A stretch of DNA of 44,400 nucleotides, taken from positions 1 through 44,400 of the forward strand of contig CAZHOL010000001.1 of assembly GCA_964534415.1 (NCBI GenBank). The letters run 5' to 3'. The translations under genes and the position numbers were made by a program. Of this stretch, positions 26,039 to 34,145 are shown in pieces. This DNA is from an uncultured Candidatus Saccharibacteria bacterium. GTDB taxonomy: Bacteria; Patescibacteriota; Minisyncoccia; Phycocordibacterales; JAACPR01. Every line of letters starts with the position of its first letter. Within the stretch, counting starts at the first letter, position 1. The notes below the pieces were generated by a model. That model did not search any database, was not told where the DNA came from, and worked only from the letters and a program-made list of their open reading frames with translations.

Positions 26039-26641
26039 ATGTCACGTCGGAAGAAAAAGGGACACAAGAATAATTTTAGACTTGTGACCAGGTATCTGCA
26101 CTGTAAACATAAAAAAGTCAGCTTTAACAGACATCACCGACTGCCAGAGTGCCGTGGCGGCAAGATTACGAGCAGTAACTGTGTATTAGTAGACGTGGAG
26201 TCGCACAATGCTTTCAATGCACTTGTGCTTGTTGCAAGCCGACTCTGCTGTATCCTTGAAAAATTTGTCTGCGCAGAACATATTGCCTTTGCTCTGAACA
26301 CCATTACTCGCATTTTTGATTATTCCATGCGCGACGAATACAAGAATGTAGCGGAATTGAAGTCGGCTCATGACATCAAAAAAGATGAGTCTTATCAGTT
26401 GCTGTTGAGGTTTGCATCAATGCTCAAGCATGTCAAAATGCGAAATGTTCTACCTGAACATTTAGATTATGCTGTAATGAAGATTCGAACAATTTCGAGA
26501 ATCATTGCAGGATCAAGACATCGTTTATTGCGCCCAGATCGACTGGTAAAGCAATTCAATAGTATCTGGTTGCCCGATTGTGATCCTATTCACTATGGAT
26601 ATTGGGCTGAAAAGAAAAAACGTAAAAAACACCACAAATAG
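26039..26641 (+). CDS. Basic protein with an N-terminal Cys-less HNH/HNN-spaced motif (paralogue 1)
   Basis: HHRLPECRGGKITSSNCVLVDVESHNAFN fits HH-x2-P-x3-GG-x5-N-x8-H-x3-N, the spacing of the HNH beta-beta-alpha-Me finger. Both termini are lysine-rich. Confidence 0.6.
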   Translation: MSRRKKKGHKNNFRLVTRYLHCKHKKVSFNRHHRLPECRGGKITSSNCVLVDVESHNAFNALVLVASRLCCILEKFVCAEHIAFALNTITRIFDYSMRDEYKNVAELKSAHDIKKDESYQLLLRFASMLKHVKMRNVLPEHLDYAVMKIRTISRIIAGSRHRLLRPDRLVKQFNSIWLPDCDPIHYGYWAEKKKRKKHHK

Positions 26642-26666
26642 AAAGGAGGAAGATTCCCCCAAACGG

Positions 26667-26698
26667 CCCCGACGCAAATCGGGGTCTGTTTCTTTCTT
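26667..26698 (+). terminator. Intrinsic terminator
   Basis: CCCCGA (26667-26672) / TCGGGG (26679-26684) followed by TCTGTTTCTTTCTT. Confidence 0.65.
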
Positions 26699-26763
26699 GC
26701 TTGATTTTTAACATAAATAGGCTAGCATAATATCTGGACGCACAACCAAGAAAGGAATAAGCG

Positions 26764-27144
26764 TTGCATCAGAAAAGACTGAGGAGAGTTGATACATATA
26801 TCCAAGAGGGAGAAGATTCCTCCGAGATTGTGTATGATGTTCATCACCGCAGACCAAAATGCCGCGGTGGCAAGGATACAGCGGATAACTGTGTGGAGGT
26901 CGACAGAACTTCACACGAGGTGTTTAATTCTTTGGTACAGCTCGCAGCTAAATACTGTGGTATCAAGGAATGGAAAGTAGAGGCCTGTCACATTGCGAAG
27001 GTCCTGAATGTAATTACAACGATTCAACAAAGACTTTTGGTTGACCCACAAACGGGAAAACTAAAAGAACCCAGAGTCGTTGTGTCTGAGTTTAATCAGG
27101 TGTGGTTGCCGGAACGGGATCCGATTCGGCACTCTGGAATGTAA
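26764..27144 (+). CDS. Basic protein with an N-terminal Cys-less HNH/HNN-spaced motif (paralogue 2)
   Basis: HHRRPKCRGGKDTADNCVEVDRTSHEVFN, and a C-terminal FNQVWLPERDPI that matches FNSIWLPDCDPI of paralogue 1. The TTG start at 26764 is uncertain. Confidence 0.55.
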   Translation: MHQKRLRRVDTYIQEGEDSSEIVYDVHHRRPKCRGGKDTADNCVEVDRTSHEVFNSLVQLAAKYCGIKEWKVEACHIAKVLNVITTIQQRLLVDPQTGKLKEPRVVVSEFNQVWLPERDPIRHSGM

Positions 27145-27193
27145 GCGTAAATAAACTTTCAAATAAGGAGGTGGTATCGCCCACATGGGGGCA

Positions 27194-27233
27194 GGGTTCC
27201 GAGCAAGTCAGTGATTTGCTTGGGACCCTTTAA
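27194..27233 (+). terminator. Intrinsic terminator (long imperfect hairpin)
   Basis: GGGTTCCGAGCAA (27194-27206) pairs with TTGCTTGGGACCC (27216-27228), followed by TTTAATT. Confidence 0.55.
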
Positions 27234-27253
27234 TTATATATAATCACAGCAAT

Positions 27254-28018
27254 ATGAAAGACTTCAAAAAGAAAAAAACCGACTGGGGCAAAGTCGCTAA
27301 CTGGTACGACGAACACCTAAAAGAATCGAATAATTATCATTCGCAGGTAATTTTACCGAACCTCGCGCGTCTCATTGATTTGAAGCCGACCGAATCACTA
27401 ATCGAGTTGGGTTGCGGTCAGGGATTTTTTCTCCAGCACCTTTTTGAAGTTTCAAAAAATCTCGCGGGTGTTGATTTGGGTCCTGAATTAATTTCAATAG
27501 CAAAGCAAAATAATCCAAAAATAAATTATCTAGTTGCTTCTGCAGATGACACACATATTTTTCCAGAAGACAAATTCGATGTCGTGACAATTATCTTGGC
27601 TCTTCAAAACATGAAGAATTTACATGCAGTTGTTTCTAATGTTGCGCGCCTAATGAAAAAAGACGGGCGAGCATATATTGTTTTAAATCATCCCGCATTT
27701 CGCATTCCAAAACAAAGCGACTGGCATTTTGACACTAGAAATTTCGAACAACATCGTCTAATTAAAAAATACATGTCAGAATTGGAAATTCCAATTGATA
27801 TGAATCCTGGAACTCGTGGTAAAAAAGAAATGACCGTTTCATTTCACCGACCATTGCAGGTTTATTCGAAAGCTTTCAATAAAAATGGGTTGGCAATTAC
27901 AAAAATCGAAGAGTGGATTTCTCACAAGAAAAGTGAAATGGGGAAGAGAGCTCTCGCCGAGGACCGCGCCCGCAAAGAATTTCCAATGTTTATGTGTCTA
28001 GAGCTTAAAAAGATTTAG
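27254..28018 (+). CDS. Class I SAM-dependent methyltransferase, substrate unknown
   Basis: Motif I LIELGCGQGFF and motif II-like DVVTIILALQN. No DPPY/NPPY or PCQ DNA-methyltransferase motifs. Confidence 0.8.
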   Translation: MKDFKKKKTDWGKVANWYDEHLKESNNYHSQVILPNLARLIDLKPTESLIELGCGQGFFLQHLFEVSKNLAGVDLGPELISIAKQNNPKINYLVASADDTHIFPEDKFDVVTIILALQNMKNLHAVVSNVARLMKKDGRAYIVLNHPAFRIPKQSDWHFDTRNFEQHRLIKKYMSELEIPIDMNPGTRGKKEMTVSFHRPLQVYSKAFNKNGLAITKIEEWISHKKSEMGKRALAEDRARKEFPMFMCLELKKI

Positions 28019-28020
28019 CT

Positions 28021-29301
28021 TTACTCAATCTCATCCCAAGAAACCAAATTCCAGGATCCTGAAGGTCCTGAGGTAAATTCAATATTCGAAATTCCGGTTT
28101 CGTAATTAATTGTTGTTCCGCCGTCCATTATTATTTTATTTGCCGTAGCCTGTTTAGCAGTTGCTCCGCCAGTAAAATACATCGTTCCATTTTGTGCATT
28201 TAATATTACAGATTCTGTGCCACCTGAAACTTTGATTGCGTAATTTGATCCTGCGCTGCCGCATCCTGTAGTGTTGGGACAGGCGCTAGTTGTTACTGCC
28301 ATAATTTGGCTTCCTGAAGTTCCAGAATTTTGCATTGAGCCACCTTCAATGATTTCGATTTTTCCGTCAGACACAATCACGCCGCTATTCGCACCGTAAT
28401 TCGTTCCGAGTTTAATGACTCCTGCTCCCGAAACTAGAATTTTTCCAGTGACCCATACTGTATCGGTTAAAGTTAGCACAGCACTTTCTGTAACAGTTAA
28501 GTTGCCTTCAATTTTTGCGGGGCCAATTGAGGCGGTTTCAACTCCGTCATAAACTTGATTCCCAGATAGAATATCGCCCGCTTCCGCAACAGATTTCCAC
28601 TCATCGATATTTCCTGCAGATATTGGCATAGGTTCTTCTGATGGATTTGTTCTAGATGTATCGCAAGATTTATTATTGCCTGACCCAACTTTACAAAACA
28701 AATCTCCAAAAATCGTAGAATTTTTTACTTCATTCGCCCAAGCAATTCCGCCAGATGCTCCAACATTCACACCAGAAATTTTTCCGAGAGATGCGCTGGT
28801 TGATGCGGAAATTGCGCTGCCTGTAATTGAGGTGTATCCCGACCCTACAATGTCTCCATTTGAGTATACATTTCCATTAATAGTTGCACCGCCAGACAAT
28901 TCAAAACCTCCTTGTCCAGATTGAATTCCATAATTAAAGCTCACACCAACACCTTGTCTAATTTGCAGAAAAAGATTTCTTTGAAAATCTCCTAACTCAG
29001 AAACGATGCTAATAGTTTTGCCTTCAAATGAATCAGTTGTGTTGATGGTTGCAGTTCCATTCGACAGTGTTAATGTCTCGGCAGAATCTATCGACATGTT
29101 TTTCTTTAGTTTATATAAAGTCTCCTCGCTAGCGCTGTTTGCAATTATGAAAGCTTCCTTTGATTCCAAAAACGCTCGCCCGATTTTGTAACTATTTAAA
29201 ACAGGATTAGAAACTCCATAAATAATAACCATTGAGATTACCAAAAAGAAAATAATATTTGTAATTACCACATATCCTTTTTTGTAGTTTCTTTTATTCA
29301 T
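28021..29301 (-). CDS. Large pilus-associated protein, PilX-like N-terminus plus a Gly/Ser/Thr-rich repetitive domain
   Basis: KKGYVVITNIIFFLVISMVIIYGV N-terminus (no Phe1/Glu5). Degenerate repeats such as GGATINGNVYSNGDIVGSGYTSITGSAISA suggest a beta-helix-like fold. It is the last gene of the pilin operon, with an 8-nt overlap. Confidence 0.65.
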   Translation of the reverse strand: MNKRNYKKGYVVITNIIFFLVISMVIIYGVSNPVLNSYKIGRAFLESKEAFIIANSASEETLYKLKKNMSIDSAETLTLSNGTATINTTDSFEGKTISIVSELGDFQRNLFLQIRQGVGVSFNYGIQSGQGGFELSGGATINGNVYSNGDIVGSGYTSITGSAISASTSASLGKISGVNVGASGGIAWANEVKNSTIFGDLFCKVGSGNNKSCDTSRTNPSEEPMPISAGNIDEWKSVAEAGDILSGNQVYDGVETASIGPAKIEGNLTVTESAVLTLTDTVWVTGKILVSGAGVIKLGTNYGANSGVIVSDGKIEIIEGGSMQNSGTSGSQIMAVTTSACPNTTGCGSAGSNYAIKVSGGTESVILNAQNGTMYFTGGATAKQATANKIIMDGGTTINYETGISNIEFTSGPSGSWNLVSWDEIE

Positions 29302-29806
29302 ATGAATGCCTCAAAATTGCAAATCCGTTAAAACTTTTGGTTTTAGTTTCTTTATCTGCGGTGTAGGTGATGTCGAGCTCAACTTTCATTGCCTGAGAAA
29401 CTGTTGATGTTGCTTGAACAAAGTAGAGACGAGTGACTGTCATGTCGCTCGGAGTTAAAAAATTTTCTTCTCCAGAATCCTCTGTGTATGTCACTCGTCC
29501 CGAAGCAAATGAAAATAATTTCGTAACGGGCGTTTCGTTTTCAAAACTGTTAATGGTCAAAGTACCTTCATCAATGTTCAATTCGCTATTAGAAAGATCA
29601 ATGGAATCGCCAGTTCTAATATCTCTAGTGATTCTGTCTACGATTGTAATACCGACTCGATCAACTCTCGGTTCTACTGCTAATTTTTTATAAATCCCAT
29701 ACATTTGCATTAAAAGATAAACAATTGCACCAAGAACAATAACAATTCCGGCCGTATAGAACAGCATTTCTATCAAACTGAAGCCTTTTTTGTGGTTAAT
29801 TTTCAT
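29294..29806 (-). CDS. Type IV minor pilin/pseudopilin (PilW position)
   Basis: Prepilin signal KKG/FSLIEMLF with Phe+1 and Glu+5, followed by a hydrophobic helix. Confidence 0.8.
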   Translation of the reverse strand: MKINHKKGFSLIEMLFYTAGIVIVLGAIVYLLMQMYGIYKKLAVEPRVDRVGITIVDRITRDIRTGDSIDLSNSELNIDEGTLTINSFENETPVTKLFSFASGRVTYTEDSGEENFLTPSDMTVTRLYFVQATSTVSQAMKVELDITYTADKETKTKSFNGFAILRHSYE

Positions 29807-30269
29807 AGGTATTATGAATTAACATTTCAGTCGTGCGTGTCACCGTGTTTTCTCCTTCAGTCCATGAAACTGTGATAGATGCGAGTAGAGTATTTGGGTC
29901 AATGCTTCCTGAATCTGAAATTACGTCATTCGCATCTCTTTTAACTTCATAAAGTTTAAAAGTTCGGGCATATAAATTTTGATGCAGAATGGCGGTTGAC
30001 GTCGAAACAAAATTTTCTCCGTTCCAATGCAAATAATATGGAGTTTCTTTCTCGAGTGGTGAAATGTTTGCTGACCAACTCTGATCGCGCATAAATTGCA
30101 GAGCCTCGGAAGTTTCTTCAAATAACAATGCTGTCTGCACATTGTGACTATTTTTCATTGAAATATTTATGTAAGCTAAAAGGGAAGAAGTAATCGCTAC
30201 GCCGACGAGCGTAACAATTGCAGATGCGATAATTATTTCAACAACACTGAATCCCTTTTTGTAATTCAC
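29796..30269 (-). CDS. Type IV minor pilin/pseudopilin (PilV position)
   Basis: Prepilin signal KKG/FSVVEIII with Glu+5. Confidence 0.8.
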   Translation of the reverse strand: MNYKKGFSVVEIIIASAIVTLVGVAITSSLLAYINISMKNSHNVQTALLFEETSEALQFMRDQSWSANISPLEKETPYYLHWNGENFVSTSTAILHQNLYARTFKLYEVKRDANDVISDSGSIDPNTLLASITVSWTEGENTVTRTTEMLIHNTYEN

Positions 30270-30273
30270 TTTG

Positions 30274-30744
30274 CTATTCTACCATCGAAACATCTCCCAA
30301 TTTTCCGATTTTCAACCGAATTGAGTTTTCTGAGTCGGTTTTTTCAGTAATTGTAATAGTAATAGGACCGTTATGATTTATGTCGCCCTTCAGTTTTGAA
30401 AAAACGACAACATCGTCCTCACCAGGAATGTCATTTGCGATTTCAAATTTACTGTTGATCTCATTTCTTTCATTACTCTCATTACTTGAGATGTATGATG
30501 AGCCTACAAAATATGTGAAAGAGTCCTCGCTGAATTTTATTCCGTAGTTCTGACCGTTTTTGCCAGTAATTGCATTGCTTCTGGCGAGTTCCAATTTTGA
30601 GACTATGTTGTCGGAGATTGCCTGAATTTCTTTTTCGCTAACTTCGCCACTGAATGACTTGATTGTTACATATGAAATTATTGCAAGAATTGCGATTGAA
30701 AAAAGCAACTCAAGAATTGTGAATCCGCGTTTGTTGAATCTCAT
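30274..30744 (-). CDS. Type IV minor pilin/pseudopilin (FimT/GspH position)
   Basis: Prepilin signal KRG/FTILELLF with Glu+5. Confidence 0.8.
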   Translation of the reverse strand: MRFNKRGFTILELLFSIAILAIISYVTIKSFSGEVSEKEIQAISDNIVSKLELARSNAITGKNGQNYGIKFSEDSFTYFVGSSYISSNESNERNEINSKFEIANDIPGEDDVVVFSKLKGDINHNGPITITITEKTDSENSIRLKIGKLGDVSMVE

Positions 30745-30760
30745 TTAAATATTTTAACAT

Positions 30761-30790
30761 AAAAACCGCACTAATCGTTTGCGGTTTTTA
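30761..30790. terminator. Hairpin flanked by A-run and T-run (terminator of yqeY, possibly bidirectional)
   Basis: CCGCA (30766-30770) / TGCGG (30780-30784), flanked by AAAAA and TTTTT. Confidence 0.6.
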
Positions 30791-30807
30791 CAAATCAAAA
30801 TTTATAT

Positions 30808-31263
30808 TTAGTTGAAAGAGGCTTCTACGACTGTCTTCACCAAACCACCGTCTGCCTTGCCCTTGAGGTCCTTCATAATTGCTCCGGTCAAAACCCCAGC
30901 TTTTGTTTTGTCCGTTACACCTAACTCCGTTTTTTTAGCTTCAACAACTTTCTTGATTTCTTCTTCACTCATCATGGCTGGCAAGTACTTCTCAATTATT
31001 GCCAACTCTGCTTTTTCAGAGTCTGCCAATTCTGGTCGTCCTCCTGCAACGAATTGTTCAATCGAATCTTTTCGCTGTTTTGAAGCTCGCATCAACACCC
31101 GCATCGCTAATTCGTCATCGACGACTTCCTGTGGAGTTTTTCCTGTGGCAACCAATTCATTTGTGAAAGCTGACAAAATTCCTCGAAGAACGTTCAATCT
31201 GTCGGTGTCTTTTGCTTTCATTGCTTCCTTCAAATCTGTTTTAATTGTTTCAAAAATTGACAT
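30808..31263 (-). CDS. yqeY: GatB/YqeY-domain protein
   Basis: LKEAMKAKD..RLNVLRGILSAF, KQRKDSIEQF, and a GKADGG tail, typical of YqeY. Confidence 0.88.
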   Translation of the reverse strand: MSIFETIKTDLKEAMKAKDTDRLNVLRGILSAFTNELVATGKTPQEVVDDELAMRVLMRASKQRKDSIEQFVAGGRPELADSEKAELAIIEKYLPAMMSEEEIKKVVEAKKTELGVTDKTKAGVLTGAIMKDLKGKADGGLVKTVVEASFN

Positions 31264-31333
31264 ATGTAAATAATTATTTGTTTAATGGAATGATTTTAAC
31301 ATATTTTTGAAAGTCTTGGTATAATTCACTCAT

Positions 31334-32404
31334 ATGGACATCATTTTAATAATTTTGGCAATTCTGATTTTATTAGTAAACGTGGCGGTGATTTTTATCT
31401 TTCTCCAGTCAAAAAAGACCAAAGAGGCCGGCGAGAATACCGGTTTGAGTCTGGTTATGCAACAGTTGAACAATCTCGGCAAAACTGTGGAAGAGAAATT
31501 GGGTATGAGCGCGCGCGAGATGCAGGAGTCTCTGAAATATCAGGCCGGTGAGTCATATAAAGTCATTCGCGACATCACTTCACAATTAACAAAATTAGAT
31601 GAAGCCAACAAACAAGTGGTAGGATTCACTGACCAGTTGAAATCACTGCAGGACATTTTGAAAAATCCAAAACAACGCGGAGTTCTTGGTGAATATTTTT
31701 TGGAAACTGTTTTGAAAAATGTTTTGCCACCTGATAGTTATGCGATGCAATATAATTTGGGAAAGAATGATGATCATAACGATTTGATAGTAGATGCCGT
31801 TGTTTTTGTGAAAGGAAAAATAATTCCAATCGATTCCAAATTCAGTTTGGAAAATTACAATCGATATATTCAGGAAACTGACAAATCTCGTCGAGATGAA
31901 TTGGAGAAAGTTTTTGTGAACGACCTCAAAGAGCGCATCAAGGAAACTTCAAAATATATTCGACCGGAGAAAAACACTTTGGATTTTGCCTTCATGTTCA
32001 TTCCGCATGAAGCCATCTATTACGACCTGCTCGTCAATCGAATCGGGGATAGGGGAACTGACGGCGGAGACAATTTGATCGAAGTGGCAGCGCGAAAATA
32101 TAAAGTCATCATTGTTTCGCCGACTTCATTTTTGGCATATTTGCAGACGGTATTGCAGGGTCTTAAGGCGCTTCAAATTGAGGAGCAAACCAAAGACATT
32201 ATCAAGCGCGTTGCTGAATTGGGCGCGCATGTCGGTTCATATGAGAAATATCTCTCGGCGCTCGGTAAATCGCTCGGCACAACTGTTACTCATTACACCA
32301 AAGCTCATCACGAATTGAAGAAAATTGACAAGGATGTCACTAGAATTACAGGGAGTTCGATTGGAATAGAACCAATTGTGGTGGAGAGACCGGAGACAGA
32401 ATAG
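31334..32404 (+). CDS. rmuC: DNA recombination protein RmuC
   Basis: N-terminal TM segment, a coiled coil, QRGVLGEYFLETVL, and IPIDSKFSLENY (nuclease core). Confidence 0.88.
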   Translation: MDIILIILAILILLVNVAVIFIFLQSKKTKEAGENTGLSLVMQQLNNLGKTVEEKLGMSAREMQESLKYQAGESYKVIRDITSQLTKLDEANKQVVGFTDQLKSLQDILKNPKQRGVLGEYFLETVLKNVLPPDSYAMQYNLGKNDDHNDLIVDAVVFVKGKIIPIDSKFSLENYNRYIQETDKSRRDELEKVFVNDLKERIKETSKYIRPEKNTLDFAFMFIPHEAIYYDLLVNRIGDRGTDGGDNLIEVAARKYKVIIVSPTSFLAYLQTVLQGLKALQIEEQTKDIIKRVAELGAHVGSYEKYLSALGKSLGTTVTHYTKAHHELKKIDKDVTRITGSSIGIEPIVVERPETE

Positions 32405-32415
32405 TTGGCAACATA

Positions 32416-32443
32416 TTGACTTTATGGTGTAAAAGACTAGACT
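32416..32443 (+). promoter_or_regulatory. Putative promoter TTGACT-16-TAGACT
   Basis: TTGACT 32416-32421 and TAGACT 32438-32443. Confidence 0.5.
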
Positions 32444-32492
32444 TTGTACTAGCTCTTTTTAGTATATTTTAACCCAAACGCAGGAGATTGTT

Positions 32493-33020
32493 GTGAAAAT
32501 TTCAAATGATTTTATTCAATTTGCTGAGCCATTCCAAATTGATGTTGGTGGGCAATTTGATACATTCCACTCGACAGACTTTGAACGCTTCGACACGCCT
32601 CTTTATGAATCTGATTGGGCTCTGTCTTCGCATGAGGTCCCCGATGGTTCGCTTGGGATGTTGAAGGTCACACCTTTTCGTATTAATCGGAGTATATTTG
32701 ATCGTCGGGAGGCCAATGTTCCATACGAACGAGTCATTGATTTCGTGCAGTTGAACGACGGATTCTTCATGGGGACATATGGGCTCGTGTCGGCATATCT
32801 AAGTCATCGCAGGATGATGCGGAAAACCGGAATGAGATTCATCTCTCCAGAAGTTCCTAAGCGACTCCCAATTGTTTGCCGGCCGAGCGTCCGTTACGAG
32901 CCGATCGATGAAATCCCCTATATACTTGGTGCTGAGTGGGACCGTTATCAATACGGCTCTATTCAAAAGGATTTGGGGCTAGATGGCCACTGTGTCGTGC
33001 TTGTGTTCCAAAGGGCATGA
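32493..33020 (+). CDS. Hypothetical 175-aa protein (orphan unit)
   Basis: GTG start with AGGAG (32482-32486) 6 nt upstream, plus its own promoter and terminator. No known motif and no signal peptide. Confidence 0.6.
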   Translation: MKISNDFIQFAEPFQIDVGGQFDTFHSTDFERFDTPLYESDWALSSHEVPDGSLGMLKVTPFRINRSIFDRREANVPYERVIDFVQLNDGFFMGTYGLVSAYLSHRRMMRKTGMRFISPEVPKRLPIVCRPSVRYEPIDEIPYILGAEWDRYQYGSIQKDLGLDGHCVVLVFQRA

Positions 33021-33032
33021 TTGCAGGGTTGA

Positions 33033-33083
33033 GGAGGTCGAATTTTGGTGCCTTGTTGCGCTAAGATCGACCTCCTTATTTTT
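33033..33083 (+). terminator. Intrinsic terminator with a large loop
   Basis: GGAGGTCGA (33033-33041) / TCGACCTCC (33067-33075) followed by TTATTTTT. Confidence 0.5.
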
Positions 33084-33149
33084 ATATATAAATCACTTGC
33101 TAAAATAACGTTTTCGTGTAAAATAGGGGAACTTATAAAAAACACATAT

Positions 33150-33500
33150 ATGGCAACAAAAAATACAGAAAAAGCAGTAAAAAGCGAGTTTGCAGTCATC
33201 AAAACAGGTGGCAAGCAATACCTTGTTCGAGTTGGTGATATTATCGACATCGAAAAACTTCCAGAAGAGGCGGTCAAGGACAACAAAATTTCATTTGATG
33301 AAGTTTTGTTAATGAACGACGAGAAATCAACACGAGTCGGAGCTCCTACTGTATCAGGTGCCAAGGTTAGCGCTGAATTGGTCAAATCTTTCCGAGAGAA
33401 GAAGGTTATCGTTATCAAATACAAACAGAAGAGTCGATACTTCAAGAAAAACGGCCACCGACAGCCAAAGATGAAGATTAAAATTACTGCAATCAAATAA
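33150..33500 (+). CDS. rplU: 50S ribosomal protein L21
   Basis: FAVIKTGGKQYLVRVGD...KVIVIKYKQKSRYFKKNGHRQ. Start at ATG 33150; the track start at 33045 spans the upstream terminator and promoter TTGCTA-16-TAAAAT (33097-33124). Confidence 0.92.
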   Translation: MATKNTEKAVKSEFAVIKTGGKQYLVRVGDIIDIEKLPEEAVKDNKISFDEVLLMNDEKSTRVGAPTVSGAKVSAELVKSFREKKVIVIKYKQKSRYFKKNGHRQPKMKIKITAIK

Positions 33501-33505
33501 GAAAA

Positions 33506-33528
33506 GGCCCGCGAGAAGCGGGTTTTTT
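33506..33528. terminator. Terminator between the convergent rplU and recR genes
   Basis: CCCGC (33508-33512) GAGAA GCGGG (33518-33522) followed by T6, with an A-run upstream. Confidence 0.7.
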
Positions 33529-33534
33529 GTTTAT

Positions 33535-34143
33535 CTAAAACCTATTCTTTAATGCATTCTTCAAAGTCTCCGAATCAGAGTATTCAATCTCTGCACCAGT
33601 AGATAAGCCGCGACCCAAAACAGAGATTTTAATTTTTCTCTCGTCGGTCATCTTTTTCAAACTATCACGAACTATGTCTGCTGTATGTTCTCCCTCAGGA
33701 TTTGCATTCAAAGCCAAAACAATTTCAGTCAATCCAGAATTTTCTTTTACAGTTTTAATTAATTCATTCAAACGAATTCGTTCAGAATAATGTTTCGCTA
33801 AAATCGGCACCGTGCCACCGAGCACAAAATATTTTCCATTGTAGCTTCCGCTCTTTTCAATTGCATCCAAATCAGTTTCGTTAGAGACAATCAACAAATA
33901 ATTTTCATCACGATTTTTACCAGAACAGACAGGGCACTCATACTCGCCGTGTCGTGCTTGGAAAAAACGAAAACACTTTTTGCAGGTGCTAACGCTATTT
34001 TTCAATTCGCTAATTAAATGTGCAACTTGTTTCAAATATGTGGGATTTTGTTTCAGGAGAAAGTACACGAAACGAGTAGCTTGGCGCGGACCAACACCTG
34101 GAAACTTCTTCAAATATTCTGCTAACTCGTGAATCGCGTTCAT
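33535..34143 (-). CDS. recR: Recombination protein RecR
   Basis: LKKFPGVGPRQATRFVYFLL (HhH), CKKC...CPVC zinc finger, Toprim segment. Confidence 0.92.
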   Translation of the reverse strand: MNAIHELAEYLKKFPGVGPRQATRFVYFLLKQNPTYLKQVAHLISELKNSVSTCKKCFRFFQARHGEYECPVCSGKNRDENYLLIVSNETDLDAIEKSGSYNGKYFVLGGTVPILAKHYSERIRLNELIKTVKENSGLTEIVLALNANPEGEHTADIVRDSLKKMTDERKIKISVLGRGLSTGAEIEYSDSETLKNALKNRF

Positions 34144-34145
34144 GT

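Noticed and set aside
26645-26823. Similarity between GGAGGAAGATTCCCCC (after the stop of paralogue 1) and GGGAGAAGATTCCTCC (inside the 5' part of paralogue 2).
   Set aside because: Only a 9-mer is exact (13 of 16 overall), which is too short to distinguish from chance without a statistical scan.
20777-28018. Genomic island integrated at tRNA-Glu.
   Set aside because: The window has no integrase or recombinase. I found only a 7-nt match (GTCACCA at about 21664) to the tRNA 3' end, which is not significant. The accessory character of the region is noted, but integration is unsupported.
25974-28018. Reading the HNH-like genes plus the adjacent methyltransferase as a restriction-modification system.
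   Set aside because: The methyltransferase has only the generic class I SAM fold motifs. It lacks the (D/N/S)PP(Y/F) or PCQ motifs of DNA methyltransferases and appears to have its own leaderless-type promoter.
30812-31273. Long ORFs antisense to well-supported genes: 30812..31273 (+) opposite yqeY, 6503..7042 (-) opposite rseP, 38155..38805 (-) opposite ctpA, 35584..36075 (+) opposite cysS, 32963..33496 (-) opposite rplU, and 9550..10011 (-) opposite mreB.
   Set aside because: These are shadow frames of strongly supported genes. Their translations are low-complexity (Ser/Pro/Ile-rich), they have no start signals, and I recognise no motifs in them.
33045-33149. N-terminal extension of L21 in the track (MVPCCAKIDLL...).
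   Set aside because: The extension overlaps the upstream terminator stem and the rplU promoter. The conserved L21 sequence begins at ATG 33150.
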